Part shown: positions 20,754 through 31,706 of the stretch, one piece after another
Position numbering within the stretch: the first letter of the stretch is position 1
Layout of the letters: each line of letters opens with the position of its first letter
Origin: Cyanidioschyzon merolae
Lineage: Eukaryota
Assembly (NCBI GenBank): GCA_000091205.1
Contig: AP006486.2
Strand: one strand, 5' to 3'
DNA: 64,000 nucleotides
The notes under the pieces: generated by a model
What the model was told of the DNA's origin: nothing
Databases searched by the model: none
What the model saw: the letters and a program-made list of their open reading frames with translations, nothing else
Translations under genes and position numbers: made by a program

Positions 20754-21835
20754 GAGACCACGAGGTCGCGCGTTACTTGGGTATACAGAAGGCTAGATTA
20801 CGCGCCCGTAAGGGCTGCAACATATGGAAATGCAACAACAGCACCACAAGCTTGATGTACCCTACGGGAGGCGATACTCAGAGCGCGTGCGATTGATGAC
20901 AAGAATGTATGGTGCTTCACCTGCTCTGAACTAGATGCTATCCAAATTGGCATTTAGTGCTCTGTGGAGCGGCGGATCTATGCTCTGCCTACAGACTGGC
21001 TAGTTGGCACTGTACCGAAACAGGAATCATACAGTATTTCGCATCGAAAAATAACCTACCATCTACCATCAAGAGTGGATGCGAGGCTGCACAGCAACAG
21101 GCCCTGTTGCCGCGCACCAAGCGCGGACTTTTTGCGGCTGCGCCATGTTATTTGGAAACTCCAAGACCTTGCGCCTTTTCCTGCATATTTACTTAGAGCA
21201 TGGACGTACTCTTGGACGCTGGTGCAAGTTGTACAGGTGGCGTGAGCGCGCCGCGGGGGCCAGCATTGTCGTCGACCTAACCGCCTATCCTCTGTAACAT
21301 GAGACACTTTCAGCGGAGCCCGGTCAAGACGCTGTTGCCAGCCTGCGCTTCGCCCTAGAGCACGTTCTCAGTTGGAGATTCGGAAAACTGCTTCGAAGAC
21401 CAGCCGCTTCGATTTCGTTTGAGCCACGCCCAACACCATTGAACTGAAAGCGCTCGTCCCGGCATTCGTCAAACGCTGTAGAAAAACGAGAAGAGCAGAC
21501 CAGCTCACGGACTCGTGTGTTTGCTTGGGTACCAGAACACCTCCGTATGAGGGCATGATGCGAGCTGGGTCAGGTGACGTCAAGCGGCGGCTGCAGCGCC
21601 CTTTAACAGCGCCCTCCCAAACGAACGCGTAGCCAATGTCCAGGGGTCGCGCCTCCATCCATTCCTAAGCCTTGACCTCTAGTCTCCGTGCACGCAGCCT
21701 CGATGCTGAAGGCTTTTTTCTTCAAATTCTCTACAGGGAACCAAGTATAGGAAAGGTTCAGTCCTACTCGTTTCGTTTTGATCTGTCCAAGCAAGTATCG
21801 CTCGTGCGGACCAGCCGAGGCACCGCCGAGCCCGG

Positions 21836-24800
21836 CTACGACAACGTACCCGAAGTGATCTGCTCGAGAACACCTTGTTCCCAAGCCAGTTGGTAGAAAA
21901 GCGAGTCTCGACGCTGTAGCAACGACGCAGGTGACCCGCATTCGACAACACGCCCTGCGGCGAGACCGATGATGAGATCACAATCCAATATCGTATCCAT
22001 ACGATGTGCGATAATGAGGAGTGTCGAGCCCTGTAGGCAAGCTCGAATCGTCCGCTGGATCGCTCGATCTGTACGGTAATCAAGGTTCGCGGTACTCTCG
22101 TCCAGGACGAGGACACGAGGTCGCCGCAGAAGCACTCGTGCTAAACACAACAACTGCCGTTGGCCTGCGGACAAGTTAGAGCCACCCTCCGCAATGTGGG
22201 TATCTAACGACGGAAACCGGTTACTCGACTTCAACGCAGGCATACTCCGCGCCTGCTCTTCCTGCTGCTTGAGAGCGGCAGTGCTTGCACCATGCGCTGC
22301 GAGCGTTCCGTGCTCAGCAACTGCATCGGCGGCGTTCACGGCTGCATCGGTGCCGGTCTTCGTGTGGGCGCTCGTGTCGCCGTGGCGACAACCAGCCACA
22401 GCAGTTTTCGTCGCAGTTCGGTCCACAGCCGCCCACGCGGAATGCGTATCGTTTTCCGCCAGGCTAACGTACCGCAGCGCCTGCCACAACTCCGCGTCAG
22501 TATGGCGATGAAACGGATCCAGGTTTTCTCGGAGCGTTCCGCGGAAAAGAATGGTATCCTGGGTGACCATCGCAAGGCGTTCACGCAACTGCGCCACCCC
22601 GACTCGGCTGATATCGATCCCGTCCACGATGACGGCTCCGGCTTGTAGCGGATCGCCCACAGTGCGAAATAGCACCTGTGCAATGGAAGACTTGCCGGCA
22701 CCGGTGCGACCTATGAGACCAACCCGTTGTCCAGGAAGGATCGTAAACGACACCCCACGCAACGCTGGCGGCAACTCTGGTCGATAACGCATCCAGACGT
22801 CGCGAAACTCGACCCGTCCTTCGCTTGGCCAGTGCGCTGGAAGGGAGCCTTCGATGTACGCAGGCGCCTCACTGGGAATCTCCCAGAGGATGCGCTCCAC
22901 AGCGCTCATACCGTTCTCGACTTCGGTGGTCATCCGAACCAGCCATGAGAGTGTCTGCGTCACCAGGAGGCTATAGGTTATCGAAAGACCTGCCGCCGCC
23001 GGACTAAGGCTCCGGCGAAAGAGAAACACAGCGAGTGCAGTGGCGAACACCGTCATTGCACTGAGCATCTCCAGTCGGAAAGACAGCCAACGATTACAGG
23101 CAACGGAGTAGAGGTACGGCCGCATATGATCCGCCACTGCCTCGAGGAAGACCTGAACATGTTCTCGAACGAGTCCAAAAGCTCGAATGACTGGTATTCC
23201 GGCAGCTGTTTCTCCCATTCGTGCAAGGATTGGCGACTTGCTGAGCGCCTCGAGTCGTTTTAACTCGCGCGACGTACACAGATAGTAGCGCGAGAGGCGG
23301 TAATAGAGAATCCCAGTGGGTATCAGCACCAGGAGCATGACAGGCGTCACCGTGCTGGTCACCCAGACCACCCCCAAAACCTGAAGAATGCAGTTCAGGA
23401 AAGACAGCAGCGCATAGGGGAGGTCTTCATCGAGGGCGTCCTGATCTTTGCTGAAACGATTCAGGATCCGGCCCACGGGAGTTGTATCGAAGAACATCGT
23501 CGGTGCCCGCAGCACGACCTGCAGCAAGCGCGTGTGAAGACCAATTGCAGCAGACAGCGTACTCAAAGCTGCCAGAATGGACCGTGCTAACAACATCAGC
23601 AAGGTGGATAAATTCAGCAGGGCGTAAATCCCCAGATAGAAAGATGTCGCGTGGAGTACGCGCTGCGAATCCGACCGAGACGTCTCAGCTGCGCGTTCAC
23701 GACTCGGACGGTTCGGGAACCCCCAGAATATGCTTTGCTTCCACGAGCGTCCTTGCTGGTAGCGTGATGTAAGCGCATCTGCACAAGAGCGATGTTGTTG
23801 GTACTGTTGCCACCCTCTGTGCTCCTGATCCGGAGTTAGCACAGAGACAACTTGATGCTCTTCGGCAGCGAGATGTGATCCAGAAGGCGTCATAAGATTT
23901 TGGATACGGGTTCGCACCCCTGGAGACATTTTCGGGACATGCCCAAGCCCTGGGGCACCCGTAGGCAACCCAGAGGGCGTAGAGGGGTTTCGCTTATCGG
24001 CACCAGTTCGTTGCGCAGCGCTGGTGGCAGCTCGCGAGCCCGCCTCAGACCAGATACCAAGCCATGAATCTGTTCCGATGCGGAAAACCTGTGCCAACAC
24101 TGACGCCAAAATCGTTACTGCTAACAGGAACCGACCTGCTGCTGCAAAGTACGCGAGGTAAACAGTCCTTTTCACGGATCCGGTTTCTCGATTCTCTGCT
24201 GTAACCAGTTGATGGGAGGTAGTGCCTGGGGCTTCGGGCATCGACTCGGGATCCGCAGACGGGGCTGCACCATCTGCAGGACTCTCGTGGTTGCTCGCCA
24301 CCGCGTACGTCGCCCTAGACCGCAACGCATACTTGTCGTTGTCATTGTTGTCAGCGAACTGGTCGAACGCATTGCCTTTCGCGTGCGGCGTCGCCCCTTG
24401 CTCTATGCCAGGTCGCGACGACTGCGCTATCGACACTTCGCTCAGGGGCAGGTCTCCGACAGCGTGTTCCGCAGCGAGTGCATCTTCAGGGGCGCCACGC
24501 CCAGCACCAGCAGTAGCATCAATAGTGCCCAGCGGGAAAGAGCCTGATACCTCCAGCTCATTGCTGTGTTCCATGACGAGTGGCTCCGCTGCCCGCGACG
24601 TTGGCACTCGAAAAGCACCCGCTTTGTCGCCGGAAGCTAACAGCTGTTTCTCATCGTTCTCGGCATCCGACAAAAGCGATACCTGTATGGGGGACGCTTG
24701 CTGATCCCGGGGCTTCCCCCTGGGGATCCTCAGCGGTTGCGGACGAACGCTGTGCCGCTGAATGCGTCCGCCCGCAAGTTCGATCACCAGGTCGGCACGA

Positions 24801-27800
24801 GAAAGCCACTGGCGGTGGTGTGTTACCAGGATTCGGGTGCGACCTCGAGCCAGCGGGCCGCACAGCGCTCGCTCAAACAGAACACGACCCACAGTGGCAT
24901 CTACTGCAGACAGCGGGTCATCCAGCAGCAAGAGTGAGGCGCATGAGTAGAGTGCTCGCGCCAAGGCAACTCGCGCTTTCTGACCACCGCTCAAGTTGAT
25001 GCCTTTGCTCCCAATCTCTGTGCGGTCTCCGGCGGGCATCTGGGCAAGGTCGTCGACCAGCGCTGTGGCCTCGAGCACTTCCCGGTACCTTTGTTCGTCC
25101 AGAGGTGTGTAGAAGAGGATATTCTCGCGGAGCGAGGCGTTCATGAGATACGCCTCCTGTGGACAATAGCCGATCGTCGTTGGTCGAACGAGGTGATGGG
25201 CGCCCTGGTACGACGAAGCAAACGACCGGGTTGTTTTGGCTTCGAAAGTGGTGCTCATCGCAGCCTCCACAGTCGCTGGATAGCCATACAGCTCACCGAG
25301 AATGGCCAGTAACAGAGAGGATTTTCCACTTCCGACCTCACCACAAATGAGCACAAGTTGTCCGCGCTGAATCTGCAACGTGATATCGTGGAGCACCCAC
25401 GATAAAGTTCCCTGACCTGGAGACGCTTCAGTCATCTCCGGGGTATTTTTCAGCGCATTTTTCCGAGACGGAACGGTGCCTGCCTGATTTGTAGCGAAAG
25501 GCCCGGCGCCCGTATTCGTGTCCGTATCCATATCCATAATCGTATCCATATCCGGATCACATGCGGCTGCGTTGCGGAACGTTTGCCCCAGATGCACAGA
25601 TGCCGTCGTCTGGTCAACGGCCTTGTCGTCGGGCACTAGGCCGCCATGGACACCCTGAACGACACTGCCCTCATAGGTCGAACGGTCTACGTCATTGTGC
25701 TTGGCTCCGAATGAACACGATACTGCATCGAGATTCTGAATTGACGCTGCCAGTTCATGGCGGGGCACCAATAGTGATGATCCACCCATAGACGACTGCC
25801 CAGATGCGCTACTGTGTACACTAGGTACTCCCAGAAGCAGCGATGCATCAAGCTGCATCGGCAGAGGCTCAAAAGCGTACGACATGTGGCGTAGCGAAAT
25901 CACCACGTCGTCGCCTGGAGCTTCCATTCCAGGCGTCGCTTCGTTCCAGTGCCCTGCGCGGAAACTCGTACCATACGGAGGAAGCAATCGACTTGCAGTT
26001 GTCTGCCGCTGATGCAGACGAGACTCTTGGTGTTCTTGCAGCGATGTGGATCGCGCTGCGGATGTATCCGATAAAAAGGGCAGTGAAGGCACTCGCAACA
26101 ACTCAGAACCCGGTGTCTCGCGGGTTGCAGCTGACCCTGCGTCAATAAACAATGAAGCCTCTGCCGGTGCATCAGTGGATCGCATCGTTTCGGTACCTGC
26201 AACAGGAAAATGTGTCACGTCTGCTGCTGCTGCTTTGGATGCGCTCTGCGAGTTTGCCACACGATCAAGTCCGTTCGCTGGTCCACCCCCGAGGAAACTA
26301 CTGGTCGCCTTTCGAGCAACGGATGGCCGTCCAGCGAGCGTCTCGGATACCTCAGTGCCGCTCGAAGCAGAATCCGTTTCCACTGCATCCAACGCGAACC
26401 GCTCCGGTACCTCATAGTGACAGAGAAAGGCCTGGATCCGCCGTAGACTCACAGCGGCGTCCATAAGGGAACTGAGCACGTCCGGAAAAACACTCAGCGG
26501 GAAACGCAAGATATTGAAGAGCGTCAGCGCTCCAAAGGCAGTTGCGGGCGTCAAACGCTGCGCGCTGGGGCCCACACCCATGCAGCCAAAAGTTACCAGC
26601 GCCGTTGCGACAGGCGCAGCAGCCCAAGAAAAGTTCGAGAACGCTTCTAAAAGTTGTTTGCGACGCAAAACTTGCGTCTCCCGCAGCCTCGCTTCCTGAA
26701 CGCGTTCAAAAAAGGCCTGCTCCCAGCCCATGATCTTGATCTGTCGAATACCCGACAAGATTTCATGGAGCAGTCGAATCCGTTCATCTTTGCGTTCCAT
26801 CAGCGCTCGACTTTGTTGCCCAATTAAGCGAGCTACCCAGCCATTTAGCGGAATAAGCGCCGCCATGAACAGGAAGCCCGCAAAGGCCGCCATACCTACC
26901 ACTCGATACAAGCACACCATGGCGATGATGATCTGCAACGGACCAGACCAAATGATGTGCAGGTACGGGGTCAGGTCCACGGTTGCGCGTTGGGTATCCA
27001 CTGCCAACAGATTCACAATGTCTCCAGCTCCGTAATGGTTGCGGGCGCAAACACTCAACCGAAGTGTCTTGCGATAAATGGCATCCATGAGTGCAGCCCG
27101 TGCCTGCATCCCAACGCGGTAATTCATATGGAAATACTGGTGTAGGCAGATCGATTGCAACATTGGAGCAGTGAAAAGTGCTAGCACGCAGAGCATGCCT
27201 TCAAGAGAGCTTTCTTCGTGTGCACCACGCGACAAGAACTGCAGCATGCGTTCCAGCGCTAGTGGCCCTACAAAGTTCAGCAGATCATAGCACAGCTTGA
27301 GTGGTGCAGAACCCAGACAGCGCCCTCCGAACGCGTCTAACAGGGCCAGCACGACCGCTCCGAGACCTTGTTCCGGTCGCTTCGGTACGACATCTTCGCG
27401 GCATTCAGTAGATACGCTCAGAGGACGCGGTGACTTCGCAACGGTATGCGGTGAAGCCAGAAACGCTTCGTGGTTTGTTTGCTCCTCCTCGGGATCTGTG
27501 GGCGACATCGCTACTCCAGACCTGTGCAGTATCCAAAGGCGAAGCTGTGAAAAGAGCCCGCAAATGCCACGCGGATGAGGTACGTGCGGCGCTTCACGCG
27601 TGGCTCGACCCTGGCTATGGTCACGAGCACGGGGCCGGTACTGGTGGCGTTCACAGCGGCGTTTCCAGGTTTCCTGGAACCGAGCACTAATCCTAGTAGG
27701 ATCATCGATGCTGGGCAAGGACCACAAGTCGTCCAGTTCCAAAGGTTTGATTTTTCCCAGTTCTAGAAGTGCATTCAGCCAGCGGAACGTGATTCGCGTC

Positions 27801-28003
27801 CACAGTCCAGCGTCCTGCTCAGGACAGCGCAGGGCGGCACAGACGAGCCGCTCCTGTGGGAACTGCCAACTGGATGGCGCTCTACCTGGACCATTTTCTG
27901 TCCACAAAAAAGTCTCTTTCTCTTCGACGAGTCGAAACGTCTCCTCGTCGTCGATAGAAGCAGGCAACTGCGCAGGAGACGTCGCCGCTGCTCCCGTGGG
28001 CAT
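21836..28003 (-). CDS. ABCC/MRP-type full-size ABC transporter (TMD1-NBD1-TMD2-NBD2, no TMD0) with very large low-complexity insertions
   Basis: ITFRWLNALLELGKIKPLELDDLW start; NBD1 Walker A GEVGSGKSS and signature LSGGQKARVALARALY; NBD2 Walker A GRTGAGKSS, signature LSAGQRQLLCLARVLL, Walker B VLVLDESTANLD and H-loop IIAHR. Continuous 2055-aa ORF. Confidence 0.85.
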   Translation of the reverse strand: MPTGAAATSPAQLPASIDDEETFRLVEEKETFLWTENGPGRAPSSWQFPQERLVCAALRCPEQDAGLWTRITFRWLNALLELGKIKPLELDDLWSLPSIDDPTRISARFQETWKRRCERHQYRPRARDHSQGRATREAPHVPHPRGICGLFSQLRLWILHRSGVAMSPTDPEEEQTNHEAFLASPHTVAKSPRPLSVSTECREDVVPKRPEQGLGAVVLALLDAFGGRCLGSAPLKLCYDLLNFVGPLALERMLQFLSRGAHEESSLEGMLCVLALFTAPMLQSICLHQYFHMNYRVGMQARAALMDAIYRKTLRLSVCARNHYGAGDIVNLLAVDTQRATVDLTPYLHIIWSGPLQIIIAMVCLYRVVGMAAFAGFLFMAALIPLNGWVARLIGQQSRALMERKDERIRLLHEILSGIRQIKIMGWEQAFFERVQEARLRETQVLRRKQLLEAFSNFSWAAAPVATALVTFGCMGVGPSAQRLTPATAFGALTLFNILRFPLSVFPDVLSSLMDAAVSLRRIQAFLCHYEVPERFALDAVETDSASSGTEVSETLAGRPSVARKATSSFLGGGPANGLDRVANSQSASKAAAADVTHFPVAGTETMRSTDAPAEASLFIDAGSAATRETPGSELLRVPSLPFLSDTSAARSTSLQEHQESRLHQRQTTASRLLPPYGTSFRAGHWNEATPGMEAPGDDVVISLRHMSYAFEPLPMQLDASLLLGVPSVHSSASGQSSMGGSSLLVPRHELAASIQNLDAVSCSFGAKHNDVDRSTYEGSVVQGVHGGLVPDDKAVDQTTASVHLGQTFRNAAACDPDMDTIMDMDTDTNTGAGPFATNQAGTVPSRKNALKNTPEMTEASPGQGTLSWVLHDITLQIQRGQLVLICGEVGSGKSSLLLAILGELYGYPATVEAAMSTTFEAKTTRSFASSYQGAHHLVRPTTIGYCPQEAYLMNASLRENILFYTPLDEQRYREVLEATALVDDLAQMPAGDRTEIGSKGINLSGGQKARVALARALYSCASLLLLDDPLSAVDATVGRVLFERALCGPLARGRTRILVTHHRQWLSRADLVIELAGGRIQRHSVRPQPLRIPRGKPRDQQASPIQVSLLSDAENDEKQLLASGDKAGAFRVPTSRAAEPLVMEHSNELEVSGSFPLGTIDATAGAGRGAPEDALAAEHAVGDLPLSEVSIAQSSRPGIEQGATPHAKGNAFDQFADNNDNDKYALRSRATYAVASNHESPADGAAPSADPESMPEAPGTTSHQLVTAENRETGSVKRTVYLAYFAAAGRFLLAVTILASVLAQVFRIGTDSWLGIWSEAGSRAATSAAQRTGADKRNPSTPSGLPTGAPGLGHVPKMSPGVRTRIQNLMTPSGSHLAAEEHQVVSVLTPDQEHRGWQQYQQHRSCADALTSRYQQGRSWKQSIFWGFPNRPSRERAAETSRSDSQRVLHATSFYLGIYALLNLSTLLMLLARSILAALSTLSAAIGLHTRLLQVVLRAPTMFFDTTPVGRILNRFSKDQDALDEDLPYALLSFLNCILQVLGVVWVTSTVTPVMLLVLIPTGILYYRLSRYYLCTSRELKRLEALSKSPILARMGETAAGIPVIRAFGLVREHVQVFLEAVADHMRPYLYSVACNRWLSFRLEMLSAMTVFATALAVFLFRRSLSPAAAGLSITYSLLVTQTLSWLVRMTTEVENGMSAVERILWEIPSEAPAYIEGSLPAHWPSEGRVEFRDVWMRYRPELPPALRGVSFTILPGQRVGLIGRTGAGKSSIAQVLFRTVGDPLQAGAVIVDGIDISRVGVAQLRERLAMVTQDTILFRGTLRENLDPFHRHTDAELWQALRYVSLAENDTHSAWAAVDRTATKTAVAGCRHGDTSAHTKTGTDAAVNAADAVAEHGTLAAHGASTAALKQQEEQARSMPALKSSNRFPSLDTHIAEGGSNLSAGQRQLLCLARVLLRRPRVLVLDESTANLDYRTDRAIQRTIRACLQGSTLLIIAHRMDTILDCDLIIGLAAGRVVECGSPASLLQRRDSLFYQLAWEQGVLEQITSGTLS

Positions 28004-28326
28004 CTTCCGGCGCTGATGGTGTCGTGTTCCCAGTAAGCAAGGTGAAAGGCAATGCAGTTCAGAGTTGAAACTTTTTCTCTACAATTCCGTCAGTGCAAAG
28101 CGAATGCTGTCCAGTGTTCAGCCTTGATGTTAGATATCCACACGCGTGACGCCTAGTCCTGATGGAGAGTCCACAGACAGTCAGAGCAGCGAACAATGTT
28201 TGCGATTTGCGAGGGTTCATGAGTACCCATGCCCAGACGCCTCCTAGTCATTTTTGACCGGTCGCCTGTTATCGGTTCCTGTGCTTATCCAGGTACGCTT
28301 CGGGCTTGAGAGGCTGTACCATAATG

Positions 28327-28551
28327 TTAGGTCGTCTTCAGCACCACACATCGTCTAATGTTGATAGCAGCGTTGAAGACTCGGTGGACAAAGTCCGTGC
28401 GTTTATTGCCGCGGCTTGGACTCATCCATTTAAGGATTGTTAGAACTCGTTCCTTCAGTGCGACTACAGTCTCGTCATCGTGCTGTCGGACAGGCGCCAA
28501 TTCCCGTGTATCTCCCCTTTTCTTGGTCCTCTTCGCGCGATGGTAGGCCAC
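28327..28551 (-). pseudogene. Short fragment of the TnpB/Fanzor-like family (copy c), holding the RuvC-III-like region and truncated by a stop
   Basis: Translates to ...ERVLTILKWMSPSRGNKRTDFVHRVFNAAINIRRCVVLKTT*, homologous to GLLALVSTTNDGKKRMEFVYRAFNAAINTRRYAVLETR of copy 1. Confidence 0.45.
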
Positions 28552-28843
28552 GAGAGGATTTTTTCATTTTTTGTCGAAACCGGGGATGACGGCTCTCCTG
28601 CATCCAGACGTCCATGTCTATACATTTCGCTTGGATTTTTAATTTCTCCAAATGAACGCACTTCGAAAACGTCTGCTATAAACTGCGACAAAGCATTTGA
28701 TGACATGCACCTGGATGCGGCGTAAAATTGAGGTGAAAGACAACAAGCAAAGTGTCCATAAAAGAAGGACAGCGTGTTTATCGTGCTGAACAGCTACGTT
28801 GCCTTTCCCAACCAGGATGATGAAACGTCTTCCACACGATCGC

Positions 28844-31132
28844 TTATCGATTCAGATGTCGAATATAGAGTAGCGCCAGCGTGTTCGCGATACGGAAAAG
28901 CGCATAGAATCCAGCCACCGCTCCGATATCGATCCATTTCCAGTTCGCATGGAGTCCAAATTCTTCAATAATCTGGCGCCCATTGGTCACGGGGCAATAG
29001 CGGCAACACGCCACCGAGCCGTTTGCTACTGTAACGCCCGCAGCCGCACATACCGAAGCACTGGTTTCGTTGTAATAGTTCAGCGTGCCACCGTCGCTGC
29101 AGTCGCCGTTGAAACTCGGTGGTAACGGGAAGAACCGAAACTCACCAGGGTCGCAGTGAAAGGCCACGTTATCCACACAGGCGACGACGACTCCTTCGAG
29201 CGCCCATCGGTAGGGGTCAGCGTAGTAGGCCCACCAGAGCCAATGAGGAATATCCGGATACGGCTGCAAGAAGCCAGAGAACACGTTCATTAGCGGGATC
29301 AACATACCCACGATCATGACACCAACGACCTGAGAGCTCAACAACGCGGCCAAGAGTTGACCGAGACTCGTCGTGAACAAACTAAACAGGATATTCATCA
29401 GCAAAAAGTAGCCATACTGCGCAGCAGGGTAGCCTACCATGAAGAAAACTAAAAGCGTGAAAATGACGGAACCTACAATCGTGTAGGGGATTTCCGCAAT
29501 GCCAATAGCAAACGCATAGGCGATGGGTTTGTAGGTGCCAGAAGCGATCTCTCGATAGAAAGCTGCTCTTTCCTGAAAAGTCGGCCCCAGCACGTTCTGG
29601 ATTAGAAATACGCCATACAGTAGAGATAAATAGACTACAGAGACGTAAGAGTCCAGCGCGGTATTATTTCGTGGCAACTTGAGGAAGAAGAGTCCGATCA
29701 TGAGACCCAGAGCGACTGCGAGCACCATGCGCGAGAAGTTGTACGTTGGGGTGCGCCAGTAGGAGATGAGCTGTCGAATGGTCACGTAGTACGCACGTCG
29801 CCACTGCTGTCGTCGAGTCGGCGGCTTGTATGTTAACGTGTACCTTCCTCGAGATGTCTTTTTCAGCTCTTCAAGCTTTTCAAGAGCAGCTTTGCACTCC
29901 TGCGAGTCTTGCCAGATGTCCGCCCAGTCTCGCATTTGCGCTTTGCGTTTCGAATCAATTCCACCACCAATAACGCGCAGCATATAGTCCGCGGGGTTGG
30001 TCATGTCGTCGATTGGCTCTGCACCATTGCGTGCAAAGTAGGAAGTCATGGAAGTACACGCATCACCGAGTTCTCCAAAGTAGACAGTTCGGCCACCGGA
30101 CCTCATCAGGAGCAGGTCGTCGAATGCACCAAACACTTCAAAAGATGGTTGATGGATAACCGAAACAACGGCGCAGTCGTTGTCCGCGAGTGCTCGGATG
30201 GCTCTCATCACTCGCAGTGCCGATCGGGCGTCAAGTCCAGAAGTCGGCTCGTCGAGGAAGTACAACGATGCGTTTGCCGCATACTCCACGGCAATGGAGA
30301 GGCGCTTCCTCGCATCACTACTGATCACGCCAGATGCTTCCGAATCGGCCTCGCTCCCGACTAGTCGATTTCGATCAACACTCAAGTTCATTATTTCAAG
30401 AATATACTCCGTAAACTGTTTGGCAACACTATCTGGAGTGCCTGGAGGTAAACGAGTACGTGCAGCGAAGAGCACCGCCTCGTGGACCGTTTGTTTGCTT
30501 ATATGCAGGTCGCGCTGCTCGACGTATCCCATAAAATGCGTCAGAAAACTGTAATCGACAGGTTCCCCATTAACACATATCTCGCCTGCGATACGCCCTT
30601 TGGTTTTGCGGTTCGCGAGCACATCGAGCAAGGTTGACTTTCCTGCGCCCGACGCACCACAGAGCGCAAGCAGACGGCGCGGCTGCGCGAACCCGAAAAC
30701 ATCGTACAGTAGTTGCAGTTCGCCGTCCTCTGCGTCGGAATGCGCGTCTACATGAGCCACTTGTTCGGTTTGTGGTGGCGGTTGAGGTGCTTCGGTTGAT
30801 GAGCCCGACTCAAGGTCCCGTTCTGCTTCAACCTCCTTCACTGTGGCCGCTTTGCTTTCTTTAACTTTTTTACGACGAACCAACTTCTGCAGTGAACGTT
30901 TTTCTTTGAGTTTAGGAACCGGAACCCAGTACGAAATTCCCTTCCATGTGAATATAAGAGGTTGCGGTTCCAAGACAGCACGCTCAACGTGCAGCGCAGC
31001 CGGGTCTATGGAAAAGCTCGAAGCCTGGCCAAAACTCGTGACCTGCTCTTGTGAGATGCTGTACTCACTGATAGAACGTGGATTTACAGAGTCGTCACCG
31101 TGGCGTCGCGGGTACTCCCTTGACGTCGCCAT
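28844..31132 (-). CDS. ABCG/PDR-type half transporter (NBD-TMD) matching the C-terminal half (NBD2-TMD2) of a full-size PDR pump
   Basis: LIFTWKGISYWVPVP start-of-NBD2 motif, canonical Walker A GASGAGKST, degenerate signature ISSDARKRLSIAVE, intact Walker B LYFLDEPTSGLDA, H-loop VIHQPS, then 6 TM helices. ATG at 31132 was verified. Confidence 0.85.
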   Translation of the reverse strand: MATSREYPRRHGDDSVNPRSISEYSISQEQVTSFGQASSFSIDPAALHVERAVLEPQPLIFTWKGISYWVPVPKLKEKRSLQKLVRRKKVKESKAATVKEVEAERDLESGSSTEAPQPPPQTEQVAHVDAHSDAEDGELQLLYDVFGFAQPRRLLALCGASGAGKSTLLDVLANRKTKGRIAGEICVNGEPVDYSFLTHFMGYVEQRDLHISKQTVHEAVLFAARTRLPPGTPDSVAKQFTEYILEIMNLSVDRNRLVGSEADSEASGVISSDARKRLSIAVEYAANASLYFLDEPTSGLDARSALRVMRAIRALADNDCAVVSVIHQPSFEVFGAFDDLLLMRSGGRTVYFGELGDACTSMTSYFARNGAEPIDDMTNPADYMLRVIGGGIDSKRKAQMRDWADIWQDSQECKAALEKLEELKKTSRGRYTLTYKPPTRRQQWRRAYYVTIRQLISYWRTPTYNFSRMVLAVALGLMIGLFFLKLPRNNTALDSYVSVVYLSLLYGVFLIQNVLGPTFQERAAFYREIASGTYKPIAYAFAIGIAEIPYTIVGSVIFTLLVFFMVGYPAAQYGYFLLMNILFSLFTTSLGQLLAALLSSQVVGVMIVGMLIPLMNVFSGFLQPYPDIPHWLWWAYYADPYRWALEGVVVACVDNVAFHCDPGEFRFFPLPPSFNGDCSDGGTLNYYNETSASVCAAAGVTVANGSVACCRYCPVTNGRQIIEEFGLHANWKWIDIGAVAGFYALFRIANTLALLYIRHLNR

Positions 31133-31342
31133 GAGGTCTTTCAGGACTCGAACGAAAGTCGGCGTTGCAAACGCGCCGTCAAGTCACGCACCCTGGCCAC
31201 AAAGTGGAAAACCTACCCACGCCTTGAGTTCAGTGGAGAACACCGTCTTCGACTTTGCAAAGTCAAAAATCAAACACTACGCACCCAGTCTATCACAGGG
31301 AAACTGCACGGTTACTATGCAGGGCGGCAAACAGCCACAGTG

Positions 31343-31386
31343 CACATACACACACAGAGAGAGGGAGAGAGAGAGAAAGAAAGACG
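31343..31386. repeat. (CA)n/(GA)n purine-rich tract
   Basis: cacatacacacacagagagagggagagagagagaaagaaaga, lying in the intergenic region between the two divergent ABCG half genes. Confidence 0.8.
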
Positions 31387-31420
31387 TTGCGCACTGGTGA
31401 TGCGTGCTCCACAGCTGTAT

Positions 31421-31463
<43 letters not shown>

Positions 31464-31466
31464 CGT
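31421..31466. repeat. (GCAC)n tetranucleotide microsatellite, about 11 units
   Basis: gcacgcacgcacgc... runs uninterrupted for about 45 nt in the divergent promoter region. Confidence 0.9.
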
Positions 31467-31706
31467 GCGACACACCAACGTCGAATTGCGTGCGGCTCCA
31501 GAAGGCGTCGCTGCGACTCTAGATCACATCTCTCCCTTCGTCACCGCGCACGAATTACGGTTTCGTGGCGACTGGCGTACGCGAATAACGCACCGCGCTT
31601 TGGAGGGCGGTTCCTTCGATTATTATATGCTTTTCCTCGTTTAGTTTTTGAGAAAGGAACGTTCGCCTGGCCTTACACGTGCGGAGCAATACGATAGCGA
31701 GTCGCA

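Noticed and set aside
22194-27766. Numerous 60-160 aa ORFs on the strand opposite the ABCC gene (and similar ORFs antisense to other genes)
   Set aside because: These are GC-rich, stop-poor antisense frames typical of high-GC coding DNA. None has a recognisable motif, and all lie inside a well-supported long sense ORF.
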